Below, one piece after another: positions 49,662 through 59,793 of a stretch of 64,000 nucleotides of DNA (positions are counted from its first letter, which is position 1; each line of letters begins with the position of its first letter). A program made the position numbers and the translations under genes. The notes under the pieces were generated by a model. That model had not been told where the DNA came from. It saw only the letters and a program-made list of their open reading frames with translations, and ran no database searches. This DNA comes from Promethearchaeota archaeon (GTDB lineage: Archaea > Asgardarchaeota > Heimdallarchaeia > Hodarchaeales > Hodarchaeaceae), in contig JBHLMN010000011.1 in NCBI GenBank assembly GCA_048938105.1, forward strand, positions 96,001-160,000. The letters are read 5' to 3'.

Positions 49662-50714
49662 TTATGAGAATTTTACCCGTAATTGCGTTGCAAGAGCTTC
49701 AGGGGATTTAACAAGAATCTCTGTTCCTAAAAGTTTCTGTAAAAAGTAATCATCAGTACGATAATTCTCATATACATTCGATCGAGAGATAATTCGAACA
49801 CTAATCCAGAACCATTCTTCTTCCTTGTCTAGTGAGCCTGAAAAGATGGTAAAATTAAAAGTGGAACAGCCGTTTTCTTCATAGAAAGAAAGAATATTTG
49901 AGATTCCTTCACCGAGAGACAAGGTATCCATATGAGACAATTGGAGAAAATTATTTTTGCCTAAGACAATTCCTTGGACTTCATTACTTCCTAATGGCGA
50001 GAAAGAAGTGATCCATTCAATATCTCCAGTTCTTCCAATGTATCGTTCAGCAGAGGTTTTTTCTAACTCAATCAGATCTTCCCAGTAATTCGAGTGGTTT
50101 TTCTTGTAATACTGATGAGATCCTTTAAGCATTCTATTCAAGAATGTATAAGGAACATCTCCACCTAAAACTTGAATGTGTGGGTGAATAGCGCTAGCAC
50201 CAGCGGGAAATAAATAGTTACAATTTATTGTCATATAACTAGGAGACTGTTTAACGGAAAATACACGTCGAATGAATTCCACACAGGCCTGAATCCCATC
50301 AACAAGTATTTTGGGAGTAAAATCACTTAAATTTAAATAGTGAGCGTGAGTGAGAGCACATACCGCATGATATTCAGAAAGGGGAAAAAGATTAGGAAAA
50401 AGAGTAGCTTCACCAACAGATATCCTTCCCTCGGGGAGAAGCTCTGATGAATACTTAGGAGTGACCTTTTTTACTTTTTGAGGACACATAAAACAATTAG
50501 CTTGACTTTCTTGGGCTATTTCTTGAATCAAACTCTGATCTGTTTCACCAAAAAACATCTTCACCTTATCTTCCAGCACTTTTCCAACAATACTTAGAGT
50601 TCCAGTCAATGGATCTTGACGATGTTCAATTAGGTGAATATCCTCTTGAAAACCTTTTAGGGGATTGAGAAATTTAGACTCTTTTCTAATGTATTTAAAA
50701 TGAATTTTTGTCAA
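49662..50714 (-). CDS. galT: Galactose-1-phosphate uridylyltransferase (GalT/HIT family)
   Basis: EHRQDPLTG, CFMCP, FPNLFP, NYLFPAGASAIHPHIQ. Confidence 0.8.
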   Translation of the reverse strand: MTKIHFKYIRKESKFLNPLKGFQEDIHLIEHRQDPLTGTLSIVGKVLEDKVKMFFGETDQSLIQEIAQESQANCFMCPQKVKKVTPKYSSELLPEGRISVGEATLFPNLFPLSEYHAVCALTHAHYLNLSDFTPKILVDGIQACVEFIRRVFSVKQSPSYMTINCNYLFPAGASAIHPHIQVLGGDVPYTFLNRMLKGSHQYYKKNHSNYWEDLIELEKTSAERYIGRTGDIEWITSFSPLGSNEVQGIVLGKNNFLQLSHMDTLSLGEGISNILSFYEENGCSTFNFTIFSGSLDKEEEWFWISVRIISRSNVYENYRTDDYFLQKLLGTEILVKSPEALATQLRVKFS

Positions 50715-50820
50715 TTCTATCTATTTCCTGTGTTATTTTTAATAATCCTCAGATTATTCTGAAAATATAAAGTGGAATTTTTAAGCTATTAGAAATAATC
50801 TTCTTTGAGAAAAATATTTA

Positions 50821-50972
50821 TCACAATCTAGTTCAATTCTAGCAGTAAAAGAAAATACACAAAGTGATCCTTCAAGGATGAAACGCCAGGGTTTGAAACT
50901 ATCTTAGTAATTCTAGGACTATTCAGTCTAATAGCCATAATAAGGCGATGGCAAAGAAAGAACATACTATAA
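50821..50972 (+). pseudogene. Orphan 3' remnant of a surface-protein gene (Ser-rich linker plus PGF-CTERM-like sorting signal)
   Basis: 50880-50972 reads ETPGFETILVILGLFSLIAIIRRWQRKNIL*. An adjacent frame upstream reads SQSSSILAVKENTQSDPS. There is an in-frame TGA at 50865 and no start codon. Confidence 0.7.
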
Positions 50973-50997
50973 TTATACCAGAGAGTATATCAAGTCT

Positions 50998-51026
50998 GGG
51001 TTCTGTAAATTTACAAAATGGAACCC
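50998..51026. terminator. Inverted repeat between convergent 3' ends
   Basis: GGGTTC-TGTAAATTTACA-AAATG-GAACCC abuts the stop codon of 51027..55667. Confidence 0.4.
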
Positions 51027-54000
51027 TTATATCCTCTTTTTTCTTTTTAGAATCTTCATAGAGCTTAATATAGTAATTACAAATAGAACTAGGATATATT
51101 CGAAACCTGAAGCACTTACCTTTATTGGTTCCGATACAGATTCTTCACCCACAATTATCACGAGAACTTCATCGCTTGCAACGTTTCCAGACGTATCCAT
51201 GACTTCTAATTCTATATTATGGGCACCGATTGCCCAACCTACTATGTACAGCGTGATTTCGTCTTCAGTCCAACTTTCTTCACGAATGACTGTACCATTC
51301 CGTTTAATAGTGAGACTTGCAGGATGAAGGTCAAATACATCCCAAGTAATGTATGCACCTTCGTCTCCACTAACGAATCTACAATCAGCAACTCGAGTAA
51401 TGGTTGGAGCAGTTGTATCAACAACTAATACGTAACTTGTACAACTATAAGAGAGCCCCTGTTGATCCTGTACAATGAGAATATACGTATGATTCCCCAT
51501 TATAAGCCCATCTACAGAAACAATTAAGGTGGTTGTTTCAAGCGGCCCTGAATCTTCTAATTCTCCATCGAGGTACAATGAATAGCTATGAGGGTTCGCT
51601 TCAAGAATTTCATAGACAAGCGAATTTCCAGTAGTTCCTTCAGAAAAAATAAGGTGGGGTGGAGCCTGTATATAGGGAGCAGCATAATCAGTCACCGTTA
51701 CTATGATTGTATCTCTACCTATATTCCCAGATTCGTCATAAGCTAACAGAGTATAATTATATTCTTCTGGAGAATAATCAGTTATTCTCATGAAGACCAC
51801 TGGTAGTTTATCCTTTAAGCTACCTTCGTCAACTTTTTCATCATTACAATAAACTTCAAAGCGATCCAGATGATGTTCAATTATTAACCATTCAAACCAA
51901 TCTGGAGCTGAAAATGGATCAAATTGATATGATTTTAAGGGCCAGACATAAGGTGCTATAACATCATTTACTGTGACTTCAACTGATGAGTAGTCTGTAT
52001 TACCACTAGTATCATTAACTTCGATTTTGAAAGTGAACTTTCCTGCTGTAAGGCTTGATTTGGGAATTGTAATATTATTGGAAGCTGATCCCCATCTATC
52101 TTCGATCACTAATTGACCATCACGATATATTCGATAATAACCTGGATTCAAATCCTCAACTTGCCAGAATGGCAAAACAGTGTCCGATAAATTATGTTCA
52201 AAGACTGTAAAATCACTAGGTTCACTAAGAAATGTAGGAGCATCAATATCACGGAATTGATATGTCCAAGGATATGTGTTACTATTATTGGCTAAATCAA
52301 AGATAGTCAACTCAATCTCATTATCCCCAATAAGTAAGGGAAGTTCATCAGAATAGAAAATCAATGGTTGATCAGATTGCCATGTTCCCTCAACTTCAAG
52401 AACTGAATTGATCCATAATTTATAATGGCTGGGGTATGAATCTGTTACAATAATAGAAAGATTTTCATTACGAGATTGATATCCTAAAGAACTTGGAAGT
52501 GGACTTGTAAATGTTGGAATTAGATTATCATTTGATGTAATTGTAACAAGAATCGTAGAAGAAGCAGAGTTATTATTAAAATCTTGTATAAATAATGTAA
52601 AATTATAAACACCAGTCGTCAATGATCCAGGTTCTATTGGACATTCTATATGCCATAGTGGTTCTTCCCCAGCCCTTTGATACACTTTGTAATCATCTGA
52701 TAGAAGAAGAGGATTCCCATTTAAGAAAATTGTAGCATTCCATAAAAATTCTTCTGTACAATCCCAATGAAGATGTTGGGTGAATTTAAAGTTCTCTGGA
52801 AACTCTAGATCCAAGCTAGGCCCGATAATAGGTGATATATAATCAGTGGCGGTTATATTTACCCACAATTCAGTTGAAGCAATATTATCATTGGTATCAT
52901 TAAACACTAATGTTATATTATGTAATCCTTCCATTAATTGATTTGAACCTGTTACAGGAACTTGAATTAAGTCGTCACTTGTCCAATTATAACTCGTGAA
53001 TGGAGAATTGTCAATAAAGATCTCTAGTTTATGAGGCCACTCATCATGAGCTATAACAGCTAATCCATGTGTTAAAGAGGAAGTTGGGTAGGTAACTAGT
53101 TTAGAAGGATCACGTGGGAAGAGATGGGTGATACCAGGTGGTACATAATCTGGGGCATATACTGCAATAGATACATCACTCCCATGGAATATAGCAGTTT
53201 CTCCACTTCTTGTTGAGATTAAAAGAATACGAAAGTCATATGTTCCTTCTGGAACATCATCAGGGTTGGATATTCTTAATGTAACAATAACCTTATCTAT
53301 GTCCATTGGCGCGATAGTCGTTGTGTTTTTGGGAATTATGAGATAATCATTCCAACCATCTGAAGCTATTATAAATGAATCAGGTACATTACCAAGATTT
53401 TTTACTTCTAGAGTGAAGTTTATTTCCCAATCTGCAAACATCACGGTATTATTCGGCCAAATAGCCGATTCAGCGTTATATGCTTCTGAGAAGTTAAGGT
53501 AAACTGTCTTTGTACGAGAAATTGTTGGAGATCGTACATTAGAAGCCTTGATTTCAAGTTCATAGAGGCCTGGAGATGGATAGATATCCTCTAAACTAAA
53601 TGAAAAACCAATTTCTCCATTATAATAATAACCCGATCCACTACCATAAGGATCCACAGAATGAACGTCTTTCCATGTGTAATTAGAGTCTCCAAGATTT
53701 AAAATAGCATTAGTTTTAATAGTATCATTCATATTACCGTTGTTTCTACCATAATACCCTATTAAAACATCTTCACCAGCTTGCACTTGAATGATTTCTG
53801 AAGTTCCTTGTTCAAGGTCAAAACTAAAGTCGACAAGCTTAGGAACAGTTAAGGAAGCAGTTTTTGTGACAGTTGCATCAGTTAATTGAAAATGCTCCTT
53901 AGCTAAACTAGTAGCGGAGATAGTAAAATCAACATCACCAGGGGGTACAGAAATCTGCTCTGGAGGGGAAACAACAAGATGGGCTGATGTCGGATAAGAA

Positions 54001-55667
54001 CCAATGTTATAGTAGGGGTCAGTCCGACCAACAAAGTCATAAGTGTAACCTGGAGGTAATTCAGAAACATCTAATTTAATTATATCTGATTTACCATAAT
54101 CATTCCACATGGAAATATCATACATCTGATCATAAGGACGTATATTTGAAAGAACATCGAAACTTGAACGACTGGTCTCGCTAACCTGCATAGAAAAATC
54201 ATAGACATCTGATGACTCATAAGATACACCTGGAATCGAAAAAGAATCGTTGGAGCCTATTTGAATTGGAGCGTCTGGGTTATAATAAGTAAATCCTGGA
54301 AGATCAAATTCCCAGGAGGGTAACCATTCGCTAAATGGTATTCTTATGTAGGGCTTTGATCCAGTAACAGGATTAGGTATTTTAAGATCGTCGAAATGAA
54401 ACCATAAATTAGGAACAGACCGTATTCGGTGGACATTTAAGACGAAATCATCAATATCAAGTGATAGAAGTTGATTTGTAGAAGTGTTTACCCTGAAATC
54501 GATACTTCGGGTTTCATTTGCTTCAGTCCAAATGATAGGTTTTTCTGGACCACCGTCGACTGTCAAACTAGCCGTGATAATTGATTTATCTAACGTTATA
54601 TAGCCGAAACCAATCCCAAATGAACAAATTTCATCAAGAATGAGCGTGTAAATTCCCCCTTTGTCTCGGATAAGATATGAGATATCGATACTCCCGGGAA
54701 TATCAATTCTAGCTTCTCCTTCTCCAATTGGAGTAGTATAGTCATTAAATTCATGATAGTCATAAAAAATAGCGTTTACAGAGGCTAACACGAACCATTC
54801 CCATTTTGGAGGTTGAGGAATTGATTCCTCAACCCAAACATACCCAGTAACCCATTTCCACCAATCTTTTATCTTGAACGACTTCTTGACCAGTTGTGTA
54901 AGAGGTGGTTGTGGGAATAAAAATGTGGCTAAAAACCAGAGATTTAGATTTTCAATGTCAACTTTTACTTCAAATTCATGGAAGGTGGGATCGTCATAAG
55001 GGATGAGGGTGCAGTTTAGTGTATGAGTTGTGCCTTGAATGACTTCTTTCGGATATTGCACCTTTAATATCACCGGAAAACAGAAGTTAAATTTTACGAG
55101 AAACTTACCTGTTACCATAAATTTTAATTTTGGGTGTTCTGTACGAATATGCTTCGTTATAGATTTATCTAGATCTATTTTCCATCTATACCCAATTATT
55201 ATCTCCTCTTCTGCTGACAACATCTCAGGTTCAAACCCATCTTCAAGTTTAGAACGAATTGGAATGGTGATGTCTTGAAAACCAGAAGAGTTAGACCCCA
55301 TAATTGTTATTTCAGGTTTTCCCATTGTAGAGTGGTCTATTGAGTAACCATTGGTGTCTTCTTCATCATTAAAATCTAAGGTGTAATCATCAAGAAGTAT
55401 ATTTTCGACCATTTCTTGATAATTTAATCCTTCCATGGAATTTGAAAGAAACGAAACGTCTTGAGGATCCCAAGTTTCCATTATAAGATCGGTAATCTCG
55501 TTTTCCGTTTGAGTTTCATCTGTAAAGTCATCCAAAATGGATTCTATCTCTTTTGCTGTAATTATAGGATTTGTCTGTTTTTTCGCCCCTACTCCTCCTA
55601 ATTGAATGAGTAATAGGACTAGTAAGAAAATACCCCATGGTATTTTATTTAACTTGAATTTAATCAC
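51027..55667 (-). CDS. Giant cell-surface protein, 1546 aa: signal peptide, unknown beta-rich N-domain, NEW3/COG1470-like and Ig-like repeats, SGFE C-terminal anchor
   Basis: Signal peptide; N.GN..D motifs (RNNGNMND, KNLGNVPD); about 7 'D..AP.....W...D..P..Y.....G...D.SGN' repeats; SASGFEYILVLFVITILSSMKILKRKKRI. Confidence 0.85.
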   Translation of the reverse strand: MIKFKLNKIPWGIFLLVLLLIQLGGVGAKKQTNPIITAKEIESILDDFTDETQTENEITDLIMETWDPQDVSFLSNSMEGLNYQEMVENILLDDYTLDFNDEEDTNGYSIDHSTMGKPEITIMGSNSSGFQDITIPIRSKLEDGFEPEMLSAEEEIIIGYRWKIDLDKSITKHIRTEHPKLKFMVTGKFLVKFNFCFPVILKVQYPKEVIQGTTHTLNCTLIPYDDPTFHEFEVKVDIENLNLWFLATFLFPQPPLTQLVKKSFKIKDWWKWVTGYVWVEESIPQPPKWEWFVLASVNAIFYDYHEFNDYTTPIGEGEARIDIPGSIDISYLIRDKGGIYTLILDEICSFGIGFGYITLDKSIITASLTVDGGPEKPIIWTEANETRSIDFRVNTSTNQLLSLDIDDFVLNVHRIRSVPNLWFHFDDLKIPNPVTGSKPYIRIPFSEWLPSWEFDLPGFTYYNPDAPIQIGSNDSFSIPGVSYESSDVYDFSMQVSETSRSSFDVLSNIRPYDQMYDISMWNDYGKSDIIKLDVSELPPGYTYDFVGRTDPYYNIGSYPTSAHLVVSPPEQISVPPGDVDFTISATSLAKEHFQLTDATVTKTASLTVPKLVDFSFDLEQGTSEIIQVQAGEDVLIGYYGRNNGNMNDTIKTNAILNLGDSNYTWKDVHSVDPYGSGSGYYYNGEIGFSFSLEDIYPSPGLYELEIKASNVRSPTISRTKTVYLNFSEAYNAESAIWPNNTVMFADWEINFTLEVKNLGNVPDSFIIASDGWNDYLIIPKNTTTIAPMDIDKVIVTLRISNPDDVPEGTYDFRILLISTRSGETAIFHGSDVSIAVYAPDYVPPGITHLFPRDPSKLVTYPTSSLTHGLAVIAHDEWPHKLEIFIDNSPFTSYNWTSDDLIQVPVTGSNQLMEGLHNITLVFNDTNDNIASTELWVNITATDYISPIIGPSLDLEFPENFKFTQHLHWDCTEEFLWNATIFLNGNPLLLSDDYKVYQRAGEEPLWHIECPIEPGSLTTGVYNFTLFIQDFNNNSASSTILVTITSNDNLIPTFTSPLPSSLGYQSRNENLSIIVTDSYPSHYKLWINSVLEVEGTWQSDQPLIFYSDELPLLIGDNEIELTIFDLANNSNTYPWTYQFRDIDAPTFLSEPSDFTVFEHNLSDTVLPFWQVEDLNPGYYRIYRDGQLVIEDRWGSASNNITIPKSSLTAGKFTFKIEVNDTSGNTDYSSVEVTVNDVIAPYVWPLKSYQFDPFSAPDWFEWLIIEHHLDRFEVYCNDEKVDEGSLKDKLPVVFMRITDYSPEEYNYTLLAYDESGNIGRDTIIVTVTDYAAPYIQAPPHLIFSEGTTGNSLVYEILEANPHSYSLYLDGELEDSGPLETTTLIVSVDGLIMGNHTYILIVQDQQGLSYSCTSYVLVVDTTAPTITRVADCRFVSGDEGAYITWDVFDLHPASLTIKRNGTVIREESWTEDEITLYIVGWAIGAHNIELEVMDTSGNVASDEVLVIIVGEESVSEPIKVSASGFEYILVLFVITILSSMKILKRKKRI

Positions 55668-58600
55668 TTATAAAACCTCCTTTTTTCTCTAGCTCTACGT
55701 CTTGTTGCTACAATCAATAATAAAAGAGGAATAATAAAAAGGAATTCAAATCCTGGAGCAGATTGAGCTTTAGTTATGGTAGCAGTAACATCATCGAATG
55801 CGAAGTTCCCCGATACGTCGTAAACAACGCACCGAAAATGATATGTCCCCTCGCTATATTCAGATAGGTCTAGCGTAATATCTTCGCCAGACCAGCTACC
55901 ACTTTTTATGACTCCGCCATCTGGGAGTAAGAGAATTTCAAATCGTGAAGGATTATCATCAGAAACAACCCAGGTAATATTTATTTCGTGACCTACAGGA
56001 AAATCGTAATCAGGAAGTAACAAAATCGTCGGTGGCGAGTTATCTCCTGTAACCGTCACATGAACGGTTTGGGAAGTAGATTGGTCGTAAATATCCCAAG
56101 CTTTGATTACTATCACATAAGAACCAATATCCAAACCATCTAATGAATAAATAACTTGTCTATTTGGAATAACCCATATAACTTCCATGATAATTACCCC
56201 ATCTTGAGATATTGAGAAAGCTTTAGGATGTTCATCAAAAATATAGAATATTAGGGAGTTACCAATTGTGCCATGAGAAAATTCAACATCTGGTTGTTGA
56301 GAAATCAGAGGTGCTTCAATGTCAATCTCACTCCCTTTTACCACTCTTACAAGAACTTTACTTGAGGCATTGTTTCCTGCTTGATCCCAAACCGTTAAAG
56401 TAAATTCCCAAGTTCCTAGGGGGAGAGAAGTAAAATAATATTGAACAAGACCACTCTTAGTATAATCTTGAACAAGAACTAATGTACCATTTCGATGGAT
56501 CATGAAAAATTGAGGATTTTCATCATATACTTCCCAAATGATGATGCCATAGATATTTTCGGCAATCCTTAAGTCTGCAGGATGGCTTATTGTTGGTGAG
56601 GTAATATCAGGCAATAGAGGGAAAACTGTCACAGTTGTACTAGCAGAGAAATTATTCAGTTCAAGATCCCACAATGTGAGAGTAACTACCCAGATGCCAA
56701 TATCTAAGCCATCTACTGATGTTGTAATATTTTCCCCACGCCAAGGGCTATAAAGAAGTTCAGTACCATTGATGACTGTTCTAAATGCATAGGGATGATC
56801 ATCAGAGCAGTACCATGTTAAATTGTGGCCCGTTGACCCTTCTTCATATTCAATAGGATTGGGAGGAATAATTGTTGGTTGAGTACTATCTGGAACCTTA
56901 TGAAACACTGTAATAAATACAATACTAGAGTTATAATTTCCAGCTTCATCATATATGGTGCAGTTATATTTATATGTGCCTGCAGTCAAATTATCGAGTG
57001 ATATTTCAATATCATTACCAATCCAAGCTTGATCATAAATTTTGGTCTCATTCTCCCAGACTGTTGACCACCAAGGAGACCGATCGTCGGATCCAGACCA
57101 GACAATTGAATAACCGATATTACCCTCTTCAAAGCTAATATTATCAGGAGAAGAAATCCAGGGTGGAGTCTCATCAGGAGTAAGAGGAAGTACAGTGACC
57201 CATACTTCGTCGGATGTTCTCCTTCCGAAAATATTCTGAACAACACAAGTAAAGTTGTGTTTACCTTCTTGTAATCCATCTAGAGGCACAATAATTGAAT
57301 CATCATAGTCGATGTCTTGTTGATAAATTGAATTATTTCGATAAACTGTATAGTTTGAAGGATAATCATCAACTATTGTCCAAAGAATAGTCCTACCGGT
57401 CGAACCAAAGAATATAGGAAAATCACTTGGGCCTGTGATAATAGGGTAAACATTAAGAATTGTAAAAGAGTTATCAGATGTATCCAAACTATTTAATGTC
57501 CCATCACTTGCATTAACAAGGATCTGATAAGTATCTCCATTTGGTACTGTCCGTGTATCCCAATCATAACTCGTTTCGGTCAACCCCTTCACAAATTCGA
57601 CCCAATCAGATCCATCCCAGTAAGAAAGATTATAGGTCAAAGGATCTCCATCAGCGTCACTAGCAGTCCAGGTTACGGTCTCAATTCCCATCAACATTTC
57701 ACCACCATTGGGATAGAGGACTGTTACAACAGGAGGATCAGGATTATTAATTGTAAAGGAGGCATCGGAGGTATCACTACCAATCAATGCTCCATCACTT
57801 GCATTAACTAGGATCTGATAGAAATTCCCATCTAGAACCATCAATGTGTCCCAGTCATAACTTGTGCTGGTCAATCCCGTTATTAATTCAATCCAATTTG
57901 ATCCATCCCAGTAGGAGATATTAAAATGCAAGGAATCCCCATCAGCATCGCTTGCGGTCCAAGTAATAGTCTCAAATCCCATCAAAGTTTCACCACCATT
58001 GGGGTAGATGACTGTAACGATAGGAGCATGGGGATTATCAATGGTAAACACTGCATCAGACTCGTCTTGCTCACTCAGTCTCCCATCATTCACTATGACA
58101 CGAATTTTATAGTTAGCACCATCTGGCACCGTCATAGTATCCCAGTCATAACTTGTGCTGGTCAATCCCATTATTAATTCGATCCAATTTGATCCATTCC
58201 AGTAAAAGAGATCAGATGTTAAGGAATCCCCATCGGGGTCACTCGCGGTCCAGGAAATGGTAATGGTTCCACTTAGCATTTCGCCACCATTGGGATAGGT
58301 GAGACTTACTGTTGGGAGTTGTTCTGCTGTCAACCACTCAATAATGTTCGACGCTAGAATCTCATTATCACTATCATATAAATTGATGGTTCCATCACCA
58401 TCTGTGTCACTATTACTCCACAAATAACCTGCTCCAGGATATACAACTAGTCTTCCTGTACCTGCGATCCCTGAATCAAAAGCACTTATCACGGAAACTC
58501 CTGATGCTGTAGAATCATTCCCCCAAAATTTAGCAGTCCCATCAGTATCACACTTTATGAGGGGGATTTCCTCTGAGGGAGTAGATTCAAAGAAGCTGGG

Positions 58601-59182
58601 GGCATACATTTCTACCCGAGACACCCCCTGCGTTATCGCATGAGAAAGGATGTTCGTATCATTAAAGATCACATAATTTTGGTTCCCACCAGCATAATCA
58701 TTAGTATCATAAATCCAGTCATCCCATCCTAACGGAAGAGTTCCATATCCGAATAGATCCCATAATAAGTCATTGGTAAAAGCACCATACTCAGCAGGTC
58801 CGCTTATTATTAGCAAACTACCTCCAGACTGAAGCCACGCTTTAATTGCACTGTGTTCGGCGGAAGTATAATTAAAGATTTGTGTTGGAGCTGTAATAAC
58901 CAGGACATCAGCTTCGTTCAATACTGAAGCGTTAATGACATCACCCGAACCAAGTGTATCAACAATGTACCCATCGTTTTGCAGCATGGCAGCAAACTGA
59001 GAGTAGCTAGAGGAAATAGGCAAGTATGGATTATGAGCTTCATCGAAGAGAATCAACCCCTTGGCTCCTGGCGGGAGTACTGTACTGTTAGCTTGAGAGA
59101 ACGTAAGTGAAGTAATTAAAAAAATTATAAAAACTAAATATTGCTTAATAATTGGTATTTTACTCATTCTTTCATACCTCAA
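55664..59182 (-). CDS. Giant cell-surface protein, 1172 aa: GldG/IFT52 (GIFT, DUF4350-like) domain, 3 PNGGE repeats, about 6 Ig-like repeats, PGFE C-terminal anchor
   Basis: ILFDEAHN...DVLVITAP...AWLQSGGSLLI...GRLVV...DNEILASNIIEWL; SAPGFEFLFIIPLLLLIVATRRRAREKRR; GTGA overlap with the downstream gene. Confidence 0.88.
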   Translation of the reverse strand: MRYERMSKIPIIKQYLVFIIFLITSLTFSQANSTVLPPGAKGLILFDEAHNPYLPISSSYSQFAAMLQNDGYIVDTLGSGDVINASVLNEADVLVITAPTQIFNYTSAEHSAIKAWLQSGGSLLIISGPAEYGAFTNDLLWDLFGYGTLPLGWDDWIYDTNDYAGGNQNYVIFNDTNILSHAITQGVSRVEMYAPSFFESTPSEEIPLIKCDTDGTAKFWGNDSTASGVSVISAFDSGIAGTGRLVVYPGAGYLWSNSDTDGDGTINLYDSDNEILASNIIEWLTAEQLPTVSLTYPNGGEMLSGTITISWTASDPDGDSLTSDLFYWNGSNWIELIMGLTSTSYDWDTMTVPDGANYKIRVIVNDGRLSEQDESDAVFTIDNPHAPIVTVIYPNGGETLMGFETITWTASDADGDSLHFNISYWDGSNWIELITGLTSTSYDWDTLMVLDGNFYQILVNASDGALIGSDTSDASFTINNPDPPVVTVLYPNGGEMLMGIETVTWTASDADGDPLTYNLSYWDGSDWVEFVKGLTETSYDWDTRTVPNGDTYQILVNASDGTLNSLDTSDNSFTILNVYPIITGPSDFPIFFGSTGRTILWTIVDDYPSNYTVYRNNSIYQQDIDYDDSIIVPLDGLQEGKHNFTCVVQNIFGRRTSDEVWVTVLPLTPDETPPWISSPDNISFEEGNIGYSIVWSGSDDRSPWWSTVWENETKIYDQAWIGNDIEISLDNLTAGTYKYNCTIYDEAGNYNSSIVFITVFHKVPDSTQPTIIPPNPIEYEEGSTGHNLTWYCSDDHPYAFRTVINGTELLYSPWRGENITTSVDGLDIGIWVVTLTLWDLELNNFSASTTVTVFPLLPDITSPTISHPADLRIAENIYGIIIWEVYDENPQFFMIHRNGTLVLVQDYTKSGLVQYYFTSLPLGTWEFTLTVWDQAGNNASSKVLVRVVKGSEIDIEAPLISQQPDVEFSHGTIGNSLIFYIFDEHPKAFSISQDGVIIMEVIWVIPNRQVIYSLDGLDIGSYVIVIKAWDIYDQSTSQTVHVTVTGDNSPPTILLLPDYDFPVGHEINITWVVSDDNPSRFEILLLPDGGVIKSGSWSGEDITLDLSEYSEGTYHFRCVVYDVSGNFAFDDVTATITKAQSAPGFEFLFIIPLLLLIVATRRRAREKRRFYK
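57445..58316 (-). repeat. Three tandem 291-bp (97-aa) intragenic repeats
   Basis: CCACCATTGGG at 57702, 57993 and 58284 (exact 291-bp period); 29-bp identity CCCAGTCATAACTTGTGCTGGTCAATCCC at 57850 and 58141. Confidence 0.92.
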
Positions 59183-59793
59183 GAGACGAATTCCAAAAAA
59201 TACTTATTTTTCCCGATTTTAAAAAACAATGAACTGAGAATATTTTGCTCCCAGATTAATCTTCTATAATACTTAAATTTTGATAGAAATCCTTTAATAT
59301 CTCTATTCAATACTAATACCAGCAAAAATTCTTTTCACTAAGTCAAAATCACGGAGAAAATCAAAAATTAACAAAATTGACACCGAACAAGTGATATAGT
59401 TCTTAATCCCCGTCATGTACCTCCTTATTTGGCATCGAAACAAAGAACCCTCAACCATATTATAGAGAGATAATTTATTTTATTACTTAATGAAACGCGT
59501 ACCTTTTGTACTTTGATTATTAAATATTTTTCCAAATGACTCAGGAAAAAGTCACTCGAATGATAGAGATAATGTGATGGTAAAGAAGGATATACATTAA
59601 ATACCCTATAGAATTACCATATTGGTACGATAATCATGGATATTAATGAAATAATTCGAAAATATAATATAACAAGTTAGTTTGAAAAAAGAGGGGGAAT
59701 TATTGAAGAATCTCTCATTTTGGGAGATTATAAGCGATTTTGATAACTATATTTTCAGATTATTAACTCCATTTAGAAAGGTTGATGTAAATA

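Noticed and set aside
51027-59182. Diversity-generating retroelement or invertible cassette acting on the surface proteins
   Set aside because: No reverse transcriptase or recombinase is present and I found no adenine-specific TR/VR pair; the repeats are ordinary in-frame domain duplications.
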